Origin: Gemmatimonadota bacterium | GTDB taxonomy: Bacteria; Latescibacterota; UBA2968; UBA8231 | Direction: 5' to 3' | DNA: 32,331 nt | Assembly: GCA_038128265.1 (NCBI GenBank) | Contig: JAYPJE010000046.1 | Coordinates: forward strand, 1-32,331 | Shown here: piece after piece, positions 15,819 through 24,544 of the stretch | How positions within the stretch are numbered: the first letter of the stretch is position 1 | How the letters are laid out: every line of letters begins with the position of its first letter | Made by a program: the position numbers and the translations under genes | The notes under the pieces: model-generated | What the model saw: only the letters and a program-made list of their open reading frames with translations | Told to the model about the DNA's origin: nothing | Databases searched by the model: none

Positions 15819-16655
15819 ATGGGCGTTGTACTAACGGGATTCGCCGACGAAATTGGTCCCGATCCACAGCTGCAGATTGCTACGCTGCAGGAGGCGGGGC
15901 TGCGCTTTTTGGAACTGCGCGCCGTTGGCGGCAAGGGCGTGCTCGACCTGGACGACGGACAGGCCGCCGAATTTAAGCGCGCGTTGGATGCGGCCGGCAT
16001 CGGCGTGTCGTCGATCGGTTCGCCCATCGGCAAGGTGCAGGTGCGCAGCGATCTGGTCGACCACTTTGCGCGCTTTGAGACGGCGCTGGAGCGCGCGCAG
16101 TTTTTCGAAGCGCGCTATGTGCGCGTTTTTTCGTTCTACCACGAAGGCGAAGAGGCCGCCGCCTGTCGCGGCGAGGTGATGGATTTCTTCCGTCGCATGG
16201 TTGCATCGGCGGCAGAGAGGGGGCTCGTGCTGCTGCACGAGAACGAGAGCCATATATACGGCGACGTGCCCGAGCGCTGCGCCGATTTGCTGGAAACGGT
16301 GGCTCATCCTGCTTTACGCGCTGCGTTCGATCCGGCCAACTTTATTCAAGTTGGCGCCGATCCGCTGCGTGCCGCCTGGCCGCTGCTGGAGAGGCACACC
16401 GAGTACTTCCATATCAAAGACGCGCTCGCCGCATCGCGCGCGGTGGTGCCGGCCGGCTACGGAGACGGTGGGCTTGAGGAGATCCTTCGCCGCGCGCTCG
16501 CCGCAGGCTTCAGCGGCTTTCTCTCGCTGGAACCGCACCTCAAGGCCGAAGATCCCGTGCACGGCGGCACGGGGCCGGAGCGCTTCGCCAAGGCAGTGGC
16601 TGCCCTGCGCCAGGTGCTGGCACGCATTGGCGTAGAAGAGGAGTCGCGTGTTTAA
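15819..16655 (+). CDS. Sugar phosphate isomerase/epimerase (xylose-isomerase-like/AP endonuclease 2 TIM barrel)
   Basis: Motifs GFADE, IGSPIGK, HENE, FDPAN, HIKD and LSLEPHL form a metal-ligand pattern. Confidence 0.85.
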   Translation: MGVVLTGFADEIGPDPQLQIATLQEAGLRFLELRAVGGKGVLDLDDGQAAEFKRALDAAGIGVSSIGSPIGKVQVRSDLVDHFARFETALERAQFFEARYVRVFSFYHEGEEAAACRGEVMDFFRRMVASAAERGLVLLHENESHIYGDVPERCADLLETVAHPALRAAFDPANFIQVGADPLRAAWPLLERHTEYFHIKDALAASRAVVPAGYGDGGLEEILRRALAAGFSGFLSLEPHLKAEDPVHGGTGPERFAKAVAALRQVLARIGVEEESRV

Positions 16656-17661
16656 AATCAGCAAGGGCTTGGGTAATCTCGCAGAGGACACGCTGCGATT
16701 CTTTGCCCAGATTGGCGTCGAGCAGGTCGGTGTGCCCGCGCGGCTCAGCGACGACGTACAGTTGCGGCCGCTCGTGCCTCCGCCGCAGCTACAGGCGCCG
16801 GGTCCGCTGCCTGCGATGTGGGACGAAGCCGAGCTGCAGCGCATTGCCGATCGCGTGCGCTCCTTCGATCTGCAGCCCGCGCTTATGAACTTGCCCGTGT
16901 CGGGGCGCATCTTATTGGGCATTGAGGGGCGCGATGAAGATGTGCGCGATTTGGAGCAACGCATAGAGATGGCCGCGCGCATGGGCGTCGAGGTGCTGAC
17001 CTACAACTTTACGGCGCTGCGCGCTTCAGAGGGCTATGCTGCGCGTGCTGGTGCCGGTCGTGGAGGAGCGCACCTGCGCGACTTTGATGCAGCGCGCATC
17101 GCCGACCTGCCGCCATTGGATGACGTAGGCCAACACAGCGCCGAGCAGATGTGGGAGCGCCTAGAATTTTTTCTGCGCTCCATTGTTCCGGCGGCCGCGC
17201 GCGCAGGGCTGCGCTTGGCGCTGCACCCGAACGACCCACCGATACCAGTCTACCGGGGCGTAGCTCAGCCGCTGTGGAATTTGGATGCGATGAAGCGTTT
17301 GATCGAAGTCGTCGACAGTCCGGCGAATAGTGTCTTCTTTGATACGGGTGTTACGACTGAATATGGCGAAGATGTGGTCGAGGCGATTCGCTACTTTGGC
17401 GGGCGCGATCGCATCGGCACGGTTCATTTTCGCAACGTGCGCGTGCACGAGCCCTATTATCGCTATACGGAGACCTTTGTCGACGAGGGCGACTGCGATG
17501 TAGCAGCGTGTATGCGCGCCTTTTCTGCAGTGGGCTACGAGGGGGGCATCGACCCGGATCACACGCCGGGCATCATTGGCGACGGCGAGCAGTCACCGAT
17601 CGGCTGGGCCTATGCCGTCGGACAGCTGCGCGCGCTGCGCGCGGCCACAGTTGGGCACTGA
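16648..17661 (+). CDS. Mannonate dehydratase (UxuA)-like dehydratase, paralogue 2
   Basis: Motifs TYNF, MWERLEFFLRSIVP, LALHPNDPP, VHFRNV, ETFVDEGD and PDH.P. GTG start with GAGGAG RBS. Confidence 0.85.
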   Translation: MFKISKGLGNLAEDTLRFFAQIGVEQVGVPARLSDDVQLRPLVPPPQLQAPGPLPAMWDEAELQRIADRVRSFDLQPALMNLPVSGRILLGIEGRDEDVRDLEQRIEMAARMGVEVLTYNFTALRASEGYAARAGAGRGGAHLRDFDAARIADLPPLDDVGQHSAEQMWERLEFFLRSIVPAAARAGLRLALHPNDPPIPVYRGVAQPLWNLDAMKRLIEVVDSPANSVFFDTGVTTEYGEDVVEAIRYFGGRDRIGTVHFRNVRVHEPYYRYTETFVDEGDCDVAACMRAFSAVGYEGGIDPDHTPGIIGDGEQSPIGWAYAVGQLRALRAATVGH

Positions 17662-17691
17662 AAGCAGCTGGCTGTGCGACGCGTTTACGAC

Positions 17692-18342
17692 CTAAACTTC
17701 CTTGCCGGACAGGCGATCAAAGGGATTGACGACGCTCGAGGCGACGTTTGACAAATGAGCGCTGATGCGGCGTAGAAAGCGCGCCGCCAAGGCGAAGGGA
17801 ACGGTGTCGTTACCGCGACCATCGTCTTTGACCAGTTGTTCGATGAGTGCGCTGCTCTGCACTTTTATCTCTTCGTGTTGGCGCATCACCCCACGCGCCA
17901 AGTCGGTGTTGCTATCGCGCAGTGCTTCCGTCACTTGAGAAAAAAGCGGCGCAATAGCGCTCTGCAGTGCACGGCAGGTCTCGGCATAGGTCGAGGCACT
18001 CGGATCTAGGTCGGCCCATTCACTCAGTTCGATCAGACTCTTGGCATAGTCGCCGCTGCGCTCGATGTCGTGGACAATGCCCAATAGCGAAAGGCTTGTC
18101 GGTAGGTCCTGCTCCGGATTGAGCGTCAGGTGCTCGAAGACCATGCGGCGCACGATGCGCTCACTTGTGTTGATGTCGCGATCTTCTCGCTGCACTTCGG
18201 CGCTGTTATCCGCGTTATCCAACAAGCTGCTGCAGGCTAGATCAAACATTCGCTCGGCGCGGCCGAGCATGCCCAAGACCTCGTTTATGGCGTCGTATAG
18301 CAGCGTGGTGCGCTTGTCCGTTTCCATTATTTCCTTAAACAT
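17692..18342 (-). CDS. PhoU-domain protein
   Basis: Helical protein with DRDINTSE, DIERSGDYAK and RRISAH..N repeats. It lies 3 nt downstream of the Na/Pi cotransporter. Confidence 0.82.
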   Translation of the reverse strand: MFKEIMETDKRTTLLYDAINEVLGMLGRAERMFDLACSSLLDNADNSAEVQREDRDINTSERIVRRMVFEHLTLNPEQDLPTSLSLLGIVHDIERSGDYAKSLIELSEWADLDPSASTYAETCRALQSAIAPLFSQVTEALRDSNTDLARGVMRQHEEIKVQSSALIEQLVKDDGRGNDTVPFALAARFLRRISAHLSNVASSVVNPFDRLSGKEV

Positions 18343-18345
18343 GGT

Positions 18346-19440
18346 TCATCTCCAGAAGAAAATGAGCAGTAGCGGGATCAAATAAAAAACGCATCCCACA
18401 TAGACGAAGGCATAGATTCGGGACCGACTCGTCAATTCGGCTAGTGCGCGCGCCATTTTAAGGGGCAGTTGGCGAATCTGGGAAATGGGGTAGACAATGG
18501 CGATGCCCGTCATGTTAAAGAATAAATGGGCAAAGGCAACGGTGACAGCGGCGATATTGCCGGTGGCCAGCGACGCTAACATGGCGGTGACGGTGGTGCC
18601 GATATTCGCGCCGAGCGTGAAGGGAAAGACCTGTTCGAGCGTTAGGATACCGGCACCAATGAGGGGTACGATCATTGAGGTGGTGATAGATGAACTCTGA
18701 ACCATTATGGTGAGAATGACACCGAAGAGCATGGCAATGGGCGCTGCGCCAAATAGGTATTGGTGCAAATAGCGCTCAGCCCGCTTGACGACGACTCCAC
18801 GCGCTAGATCGACCAAAAATTTGAGGGCTAGATACATGATGATCAGGGCGACGATAAGGCATAAGACGGGATTGGATCCGAGCAGGGCGATCAACCATTT
18901 GACCACGGGTTCAGTGATCATTTTGAGCGGATTGGCGAACTTCATGCCGCCCATGCCCTGGAAGAGCGTAGCCGTCTCTTGCGCGACGTAGCGCAGGTAG
19001 CCGGTGGCAATTTCTAGCGGCAGCAGAACGAGCACGGCAATCAGGTTAAAAAAGTCGTGCACCGTGGCACCGGCCAGCGCGCGTTTAAATTCTTCTTTGC
19101 GCGTGATGTGCCCCATGGAAACCAGCGTATTGGTTACGCTGGTGCCGATATTGGCCCCCATGATGACGGGAATGGCGCCCTCGATAGTCAGCGCGCCGCC
19201 GGCGACCATGCCCACGGCAATCGACGTCGTCGTCGAGGAACTCTGTGCCAAGGTAGTGGCGAGAATGCCAGCAAAGAGGCCGACGAGTGGGTTCGACGTC
19301 ATTTCAATGAGCTGCTTGGCGAGGTCTTTGCCGAACAGCTTAAACGAGCTGCCGAGCAGGCCGATGCTGACGAGGAAGATATAAAGGATCAGCACTAGGC
19401 CGATTATTTGTAGCCACAACTGCAGCGTATCGCGTTTCAT
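18346..19440 (-). CDS. Na+/phosphate cotransporter (NptA/SLC34 family)
   Basis: Two repeats of QSSS...GANIGT. The start is ATG 19440 with a GAGGA RBS. Confidence 0.92.
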   Translation of the reverse strand: MKRDTLQLWLQIIGLVLILYIFLVSIGLLGSSFKLFGKDLAKQLIEMTSNPLVGLFAGILATTLAQSSSTTTSIAVGMVAGGALTIEGAIPVIMGANIGTSVTNTLVSMGHITRKEEFKRALAGATVHDFFNLIAVLVLLPLEIATGYLRYVAQETATLFQGMGGMKFANPLKMITEPVVKWLIALLGSNPVLCLIVALIIMYLALKFLVDLARGVVVKRAERYLHQYLFGAAPIAMLFGVILTIMVQSSSITTSMIVPLIGAGILTLEQVFPFTLGANIGTTVTAMLASLATGNIAAVTVAFAHLFFNMTGIAIVYPISQIRQLPLKMARALAELTSRSRIYAFVYVGCVFYLIPLLLIFFWR

Positions 19441-19462
19441 AGTCCTCGCGGAAGTGAAATTT

Positions 19463-19480
19463 TGTAACACAAATGTAACA
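19463..19480 (-). promoter_or_regulatory. Pho-box-like direct repeat (OmpR/PhoB-family site)
   Basis: The minus strand reads TGTTACA-TTTG-TGTTACA, a perfect 7-mer repeat with 11-bp period. It sits in an AT-rich patch 22 nt upstream of the Na/Pi transporter-phoU operon. Confidence 0.6.
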
Positions 19481-19646
19481 TAAATAAAAGGCCGGTCCAG
19501 CGACAATATCGACGGATTGCCAGGCCCGGTACGCGGGTTGCACACAGCTCAACGACGGAGTGGTATCTTTACTTATTTAGCGTATTTCCATACTTTTGCC
19601 CCCTTGTCAAAGGCCTATTTTTCCCGCCTTCTGCGGGTATATTCGC

Positions 19647-20390
19647 ATGAGTGGATACATTCATCTACAGATCGTTGAAAACGCTGAAGATGTTGCGCGC
19701 ATCGCGGCTCAGAACCTGTGCGCGCAAATACGCGAGCGCTCGGATGCAGTCTTGGGGTTGGCGACGGGATCGACCCCGGAGGCTACCTATGCCGAATTGG
19801 TGCGCGTGCACCGCGAGCACCGAGTATCGTTTTCGCGCGTGCGCAGCGTAAACCTCGACGAGTATCAGGGACTCGATGGTGCGCATGAGCATAGCTATCG
19901 CTACTATATGCAGCGCCATCTATTTGATCACGTCGATATGCGGTCGTGGAATGCGCTGCTATTAGATGGAACGGCCGTCGACGGCGAAGCTGAATGCCGC
20001 GCCTATGAAGAGCGCATTCGCGCTTTGGGCGGTGTGGATTTGTGGCTGCTGGGCATTGGCAGCAACGGCCATATTGCCTTTAACGAACCGGGTTCGACGC
20101 GGGACAGCCGCACGCGCTGTGTGCCGCTGACGGCTGAGACCATAGCCGACAATAGCCGTCTATTTGCTGCGCCTACCGAAGTGCCACGTCGCGCCTATAC
20201 GGTAGGCATTGCAACTATTATGGAGGCGCGCCGCCTGCTGCTGCTGGCCACGGGTGAGCACAAGGCGCGCGCCGTAGCGGCGGCGCTGCGCGGAGAAGAG
20301 GGGCCGCACTGCCCGGCCAGCTTTTTGCGGGGCCACGCCGAATGCACTTTTCTCATCGATCGCCAGGCGGCGTCTTTGTTAGAGAGCTGA
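19647..20390 (+). CDS. nagB: Glucosamine-6-phosphate deaminase
   Basis: Motifs GLATGSTP, NLDEY, GIGSNGHIAFNEPG, TVGIATI and PASFL. The likely start is ATG 19647. Confidence 0.92.
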   Translation: MSGYIHLQIVENAEDVARIAAQNLCAQIRERSDAVLGLATGSTPEATYAELVRVHREHRVSFSRVRSVNLDEYQGLDGAHEHSYRYYMQRHLFDHVDMRSWNALLLDGTAVDGEAECRAYEERIRALGGVDLWLLGIGSNGHIAFNEPGSTRDSRTRCVPLTAETIADNSRLFAAPTEVPRRAYTVGIATIMEARRLLLLATGEHKARAVAAALRGEEGPHCPASFLRGHAECTFLIDRQAASLLES

Positions 20391-20393
20391 TTT

Positions 20394-21590
20394 GTGATTC
20401 TAGTGCTCAACTGTGGCTCTTCTTCGCTTAAATACAGCCTCTTTGACAGCGGAGAGCGGGTCCGTGCCCGTGGCCAGGTCGATCGCATTGGTCAGAGTGC
20501 GTCGGTGGTGGAGCTCGAGTGGGGCGGCGACCGCCAATCGCACTCGGCGGTTATTGCCGACCACGTCGAGGCGCTGTCGGTCGTAGCGAGCATGTTGCAG
20601 GAAAAAGGACAGGGAGTGCATCTGCTCGAAGGCATTGGCCACCGCGTGGTGCACGGCGGCGAGTCCTTCGTCGAAGCGGCGCTGGTTACGGAACGCGTGG
20701 AGAGCGCGATTGCCGCGTGCGCTCCGCTGGCTCCGCTGCACAACCCGGCGGCGTTAGAGGGTGTGCGCGCCGCCCGACAGCTGTTTGACGGCGTTCCCCA
20801 GGTTGCCGTTTTCGACACCGCGTTTCATCAGACTATGCCGCCGCGCGCTTTCCTATATGCCGTGCCGCGCGCGCTACACGCAGAGCAGGGCATCCGACGC
20901 TATGGCTTTCACGGCACGTCGCATCGCTACGTAGCGCATCGCGCTAGCCAACTGTTGGGCGTGGCGTTGGACGAGCTGAACCTGATTACTTGCCACTTGG
21001 GCAACGGCTGCTCGCTAGCGGCTATTGCTGCCGGTTGTTCGATTGATACGACGATGGGGCTGACGCCCTTGGAAGGCGTGGCGATGGGCACGCGTTCGGG
21101 TGATGTCGACCCCGCGCTGGTCTTTCATCTGGCACGCGGCGGGATGTCGTTGGACGCAATCGAAGAGATGCTGCTGCACGAGAGCGGTTTGCTCGGCCTG
21201 TCCGCCTGTTCGCAGGACGTGCGCGAGGTGGAGGCTGCAGCGTTAGGTGGCGATCAGGCGGCTCGTGAGGCCCTTGAAGTATTCACCTATAGAGTGCGCA
21301 AAGCCGTGGGCGCATACTGCGCGGTGCTCGGTCGCGTCGACGCGCTGGTATGCACCGGGGGCATTGGTGAGAACAGCGCGTTTGTGCGCCTTCACATACT
21401 CGATGGGCTAGAGCACATGGGCATATGCATTGACCGCGTGCGCAACCGCACGCACGTGGGCAAGGAAGGCGATATATCGCACGTGGATTCGCGGGTAAAG
21501 ATTTTAGTTGTTCCTACAAACGAAGAGCTCGTGATCGCCCGCGAAGTGCGCGAAGTGCTGGCGAGGTCTGGCAATACAAGTTCCGAATGA
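20394..21590 (+). CDS. ackA: Acetate kinase
   Basis: Motifs NCGSSSLK, GHRVVHGG, PLHNP, FDTAFH, YGFHGTSH, HLGNG, MGLTPLEG, GGIGENS and PTNEE. Confidence 0.96.
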   Translation: MILVLNCGSSSLKYSLFDSGERVRARGQVDRIGQSASVVELEWGGDRQSHSAVIADHVEALSVVASMLQEKGQGVHLLEGIGHRVVHGGESFVEAALVTERVESAIAACAPLAPLHNPAALEGVRAARQLFDGVPQVAVFDTAFHQTMPPRAFLYAVPRALHAEQGIRRYGFHGTSHRYVAHRASQLLGVALDELNLITCHLGNGCSLAAIAAGCSIDTTMGLTPLEGVAMGTRSGDVDPALVFHLARGGMSLDAIEEMLLHESGLLGLSACSQDVREVEAAALGGDQAAREALEVFTYRVRKAVGAYCAVLGRVDALVCTGGIGENSAFVRLHILDGLEHMGICIDRVRNRTHVGKEGDISHVDSRVKILVVPTNEELVIAREVREVLARSGNTSSE

Positions 21591-21612
21591 GCCAATCGGC
21601 AAGGAGTGCACA

Positions 21613-23958
21613 ATGACGGACGATACCCTAACGGCAGTAGAGCGCAGAGCCCTAGAAGGCTCGCCCTTTGGCGATCTCTACGCTCCCAGGGAAAAGATGC
21701 GTACGCTGGTCGTCGACAACTTCCCCTCGCTGGGCAAACTGGCCGCCATGCGCTTTATCGAGTGGGTGCAGAGCAATCCAGGAGGCGTCGTCTCGCTGCC
21801 GACGGGTAAAACGCCCGAGCACTTTATTCGCTGGGTGATGCATCTAATGGAAGGATGGGGCACGGAAGAAGTTGTGCGCGAACTGGAAGCGAACGCCATT
21901 GACCCCGCTCAAAAACCCGACATGGCGTCCCTGCACTTTGTGCAAATCGACGAGTTCTATCCCATTGGGTCTCAGCAGGGAAACAGTTTTTACTCGTATG
22001 TAAATCGGTTTTATATCGATGGGTTTGGTTTTTCTCGCGATCGGGCGCTGCTGATAAATTGCGATGAAATTGGCCTGCTGCCGGGCCAGACCCTACAGGC
22101 GTTGTGGCCCGATGGCGAAGTCGATCTGTCGTTGCGCTACCGGGCCGCACAGGGCGCGCGCGAGAGCGTGCAGCAGCAGGCGCTTATGCGCATTGATCAG
22201 TGGTGCCAGGGCTATGAGCAGCGCATCCGTGATTTGGGCGGCATTGGCTTTTTTCTTGGCGGTATTGGCCCTGACGGACACATCGGTTTTAACGTGCGCG
22301 GTTCCGATCACTTTAGCACGACGCGCCTGACGGAAGTTAACTACGAAACGCAGGCCGCCGCTGCGGGAGATCTCGGCGGGATCGAAGTAGCACGCAAGCG
22401 GCTGGTCATTACGATCGGGTTGGGCACCATCGCCTACGACAAAAACGCGTGCGCGCTGGTAATTGCCGCCGGCGAAGCCAAGGCGGGCATTGTTGCCGAT
22501 GCCGTGCAGCAGGATAAACACGTCCACTATCCAGCGACGGCACTGCACGATTTGCCGGGTGCGCGCTTTTACATAACGCTGGGAGCGGCCAAGCTATTAG
22601 AGCGCCGGCAGTTGGACCTGCTGGTGCGGCAAGAACGCGTCGACGACGAGGCCGTCGAGAAAGTCGTAGTCGATCTATCGGTCAAGTTAAGCAAAAAACT
22701 GGACGAGCTAACGGAGTCCGATTTTGAAGCCGATGAATTTGCCCGTGCGCTCGTTGCCCGTCGTCCAGAGAGCGCACAAGAGCTCGCCGTTTCGGTGCGC
22801 GACGCATTGATCGCCAAGTTGGAGCGCGGCATGCAGACGCTGCAAGATACGCGTTTTTTGCACACCGAGCCGCACCACGACGACCTGATGCTCGGCTACT
22901 GGCCCTATATCGTGCGCCACGGTCGCCCCGCGAGCAATACGCATTATTTCGTCTGTTTGACGGGCGGCTTTACGGCCGTTACAAACCAGTTTATCTGCGA
23001 TCACATTAGGCGCCTTCGCCGCTTTCTGCGCGGCGCCGATTGCGCACAGTTGATGCGAGAGGGCTATTTCGATCCCTCCTATAGCGAGGGGCGCAATCGC
23101 GATGTGTGGCAGTATCTCGACGGTGTGGCTGCCGACGATGACGAACTGCGCAACGAGGGTATGGCGCGCCGCTTTTTGCGCAACCTGATCGATCTGTACG
23201 GTCCGATGGAAGGCGAGGCAATTGAGGCGCGCATCGAAGCGCTGGAGGTCTATTTTGCCGACCGCTATCCCGGACAAAAAGACGAGCCAGAAATACAGCG
23301 ATTAAAGAGCATGTGTCGCGAGTGGGAGGCCGAGTGCACTTGGGGTTATTTGGGTTGGAGTTGCGACAGCGTCAAGCACTTGCGTCTCAGCTTTTATACC
23401 GGGGATATATTCACGCGCGAACCCACGATGGACGGCGATGTAGTGCCTGTTATGGACTTGTTGAAAGAGGTCAACCCAGACATCGTCAGCGTTGCGCTCG
23501 ACCCCGAGGCCAGCGGACCAGATACCCACTACAAAGTCTTGCAGGCCATTACGGAAGCGCTGCGACGCTATGAGAAGTCGAGCGGCCGTTCGGATATCAA
23601 GGTGTGGGGCTACCGCAACGTATGGTTCCGCTTTCACCCGAGCGAGGCCGATATATTTGTCCCCGTATCGCTCAATATGCTGTCCGTTATGCACAGCGCG
23701 TTCATGAATACGTTTATCTCGCAGCGCGACGCGTCGTTCCCCAGCTATGAGCACGATGGACCTTTCTCAGAATTGGCGCGCAGAGTGCAGGTGGATCAGT
23801 ACCAAAAGCTCAAGACGTGTTTGGGACGCGAGTGGTTTCAGGAGCACGATAGTCCGCTGATTCGCGCGACGCGCGGGTTGGTGTATTTGAAGGAAATGGA
23901 ACTGAGTGCGTTCTACGAGCACAGCCGCACGCTTATGCTGGCGGCGGAAAATCGCTGA
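21613..23958 (+). CDS. Long glucosamine-6-phosphate deaminase-like protein with a C-terminal PIG-L/LmbE deacetylase-like domain
   Basis: N-terminal SLPTGKTP, QIDEFY and GGIGPDGHIGFN. C-terminal EPHHDD (PHxDD), LTGG and GPDTH. AAGGAG RBS. Confidence 0.82.
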   Translation: MTDDTLTAVERRALEGSPFGDLYAPREKMRTLVVDNFPSLGKLAAMRFIEWVQSNPGGVVSLPTGKTPEHFIRWVMHLMEGWGTEEVVRELEANAIDPAQKPDMASLHFVQIDEFYPIGSQQGNSFYSYVNRFYIDGFGFSRDRALLINCDEIGLLPGQTLQALWPDGEVDLSLRYRAAQGARESVQQQALMRIDQWCQGYEQRIRDLGGIGFFLGGIGPDGHIGFNVRGSDHFSTTRLTEVNYETQAAAAGDLGGIEVARKRLVITIGLGTIAYDKNACALVIAAGEAKAGIVADAVQQDKHVHYPATALHDLPGARFYITLGAAKLLERRQLDLLVRQERVDDEAVEKVVVDLSVKLSKKLDELTESDFEADEFARALVARRPESAQELAVSVRDALIAKLERGMQTLQDTRFLHTEPHHDDLMLGYWPYIVRHGRPASNTHYFVCLTGGFTAVTNQFICDHIRRLRRFLRGADCAQLMREGYFDPSYSEGRNRDVWQYLDGVAADDDELRNEGMARRFLRNLIDLYGPMEGEAIEARIEALEVYFADRYPGQKDEPEIQRLKSMCREWEAECTWGYLGWSCDSVKHLRLSFYTGDIFTREPTMDGDVVPVMDLLKEVNPDIVSVALDPEASGPDTHYKVLQAITEALRRYEKSSGRSDIKVWGYRNVWFRFHPSEADIFVPVSLNMLSVMHSAFMNTFISQRDASFPSYEHDGPFSELARRVQVDQYQKLKTCLGREWFQEHDSPLIRATRGLVYLKEMELSAFYEHSRTLMLAAENR

Positions 23959-23973
23959 TCGAGAGGATCGTGT

Positions 23974-24486
23974 ATGCTGAGTGAAAATGTGCAAGAAGCG
24001 CTGAACAATCAGCTCAATGCCGAGTTCTATTCGGCCTATTCTTATTTGTCGCTGGCTTCCTACTTTGAGGATTTAGATCTCAACGGTTTTGCCCACTGGA
24101 TGAAGATTCAGTACCAAGAGGAGCTGCTGCACGCCGATAAAATCTACACCTATATCAACAATCGCGATGGCCGCGTGAAGCTGCATCCCATTGCTGCGCC
24201 ACAGTTCGACTGGGAGTCGCCGTTGGATGCGTTTAAATTTGCCCTGGGCAACGAGCGCAAGCTGAGCGAGGATATCTACCAGGTCGTCGATATGGCGCTC
24301 AGCGAACGCGACCACGCCACGCATACGTTTATGCAGTGGTTTGTAAACGAGCAGGTCGAGGAAGAAGCTATTGTGCGCGACATCGTCAGCGATATTGAGC
24401 GCGTTATCGAGAGCAAAGATGGCCTATTTCTCATGGATCGCGACCTAGCGGGACGGCAGCCAGACTCAGTGGGGGAAAGCGCCTGA
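23974..24486 (+). CDS. ftnA: Non-heme ferritin
   Basis: Ferroxidase-centre pattern LNNQLNAEFYSAYSY, EELLH, E and FMQWFVNEQVEEE. Confidence 0.93.
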   Translation: MLSENVQEALNNQLNAEFYSAYSYLSLASYFEDLDLNGFAHWMKIQYQEELLHADKIYTYINNRDGRVKLHPIAAPQFDWESPLDAFKFALGNERKLSEDIYQVVDMALSERDHATHTFMQWFVNEQVEEEAIVRDIVSDIERVIESKDGLFLMDRDLAGRQPDSVGESA

Positions 24487-24509
24487 AGTAGGCCTTTGAA
24501 AAAACCCAC

Positions 24510-24539
24510 TTGACGTTTGATCGGTAGATTGGGCATTGT
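24510..24539 (+). promoter_or_regulatory. Putative sigma70 promoter for the intergenic RNA
   Basis: TTGACG (24510-24515)-N18-CATTGT, preceded by an A-tract (GAAAAAA). The -10 element is weak. Confidence 0.4.
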
Positions 24540-24544
24540 TGGAT

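Noticed and set aside
19463..19479. Match to the Firmicutes WalR box (TGTWAH-N5-TGTWAH) on the + strand
   Set aside because: The sequence fits, but the adjacent genes are for phosphate transport and nothing else suggests a low-GC Gram-positive host, so a PhoB-type site is the simpler reading.
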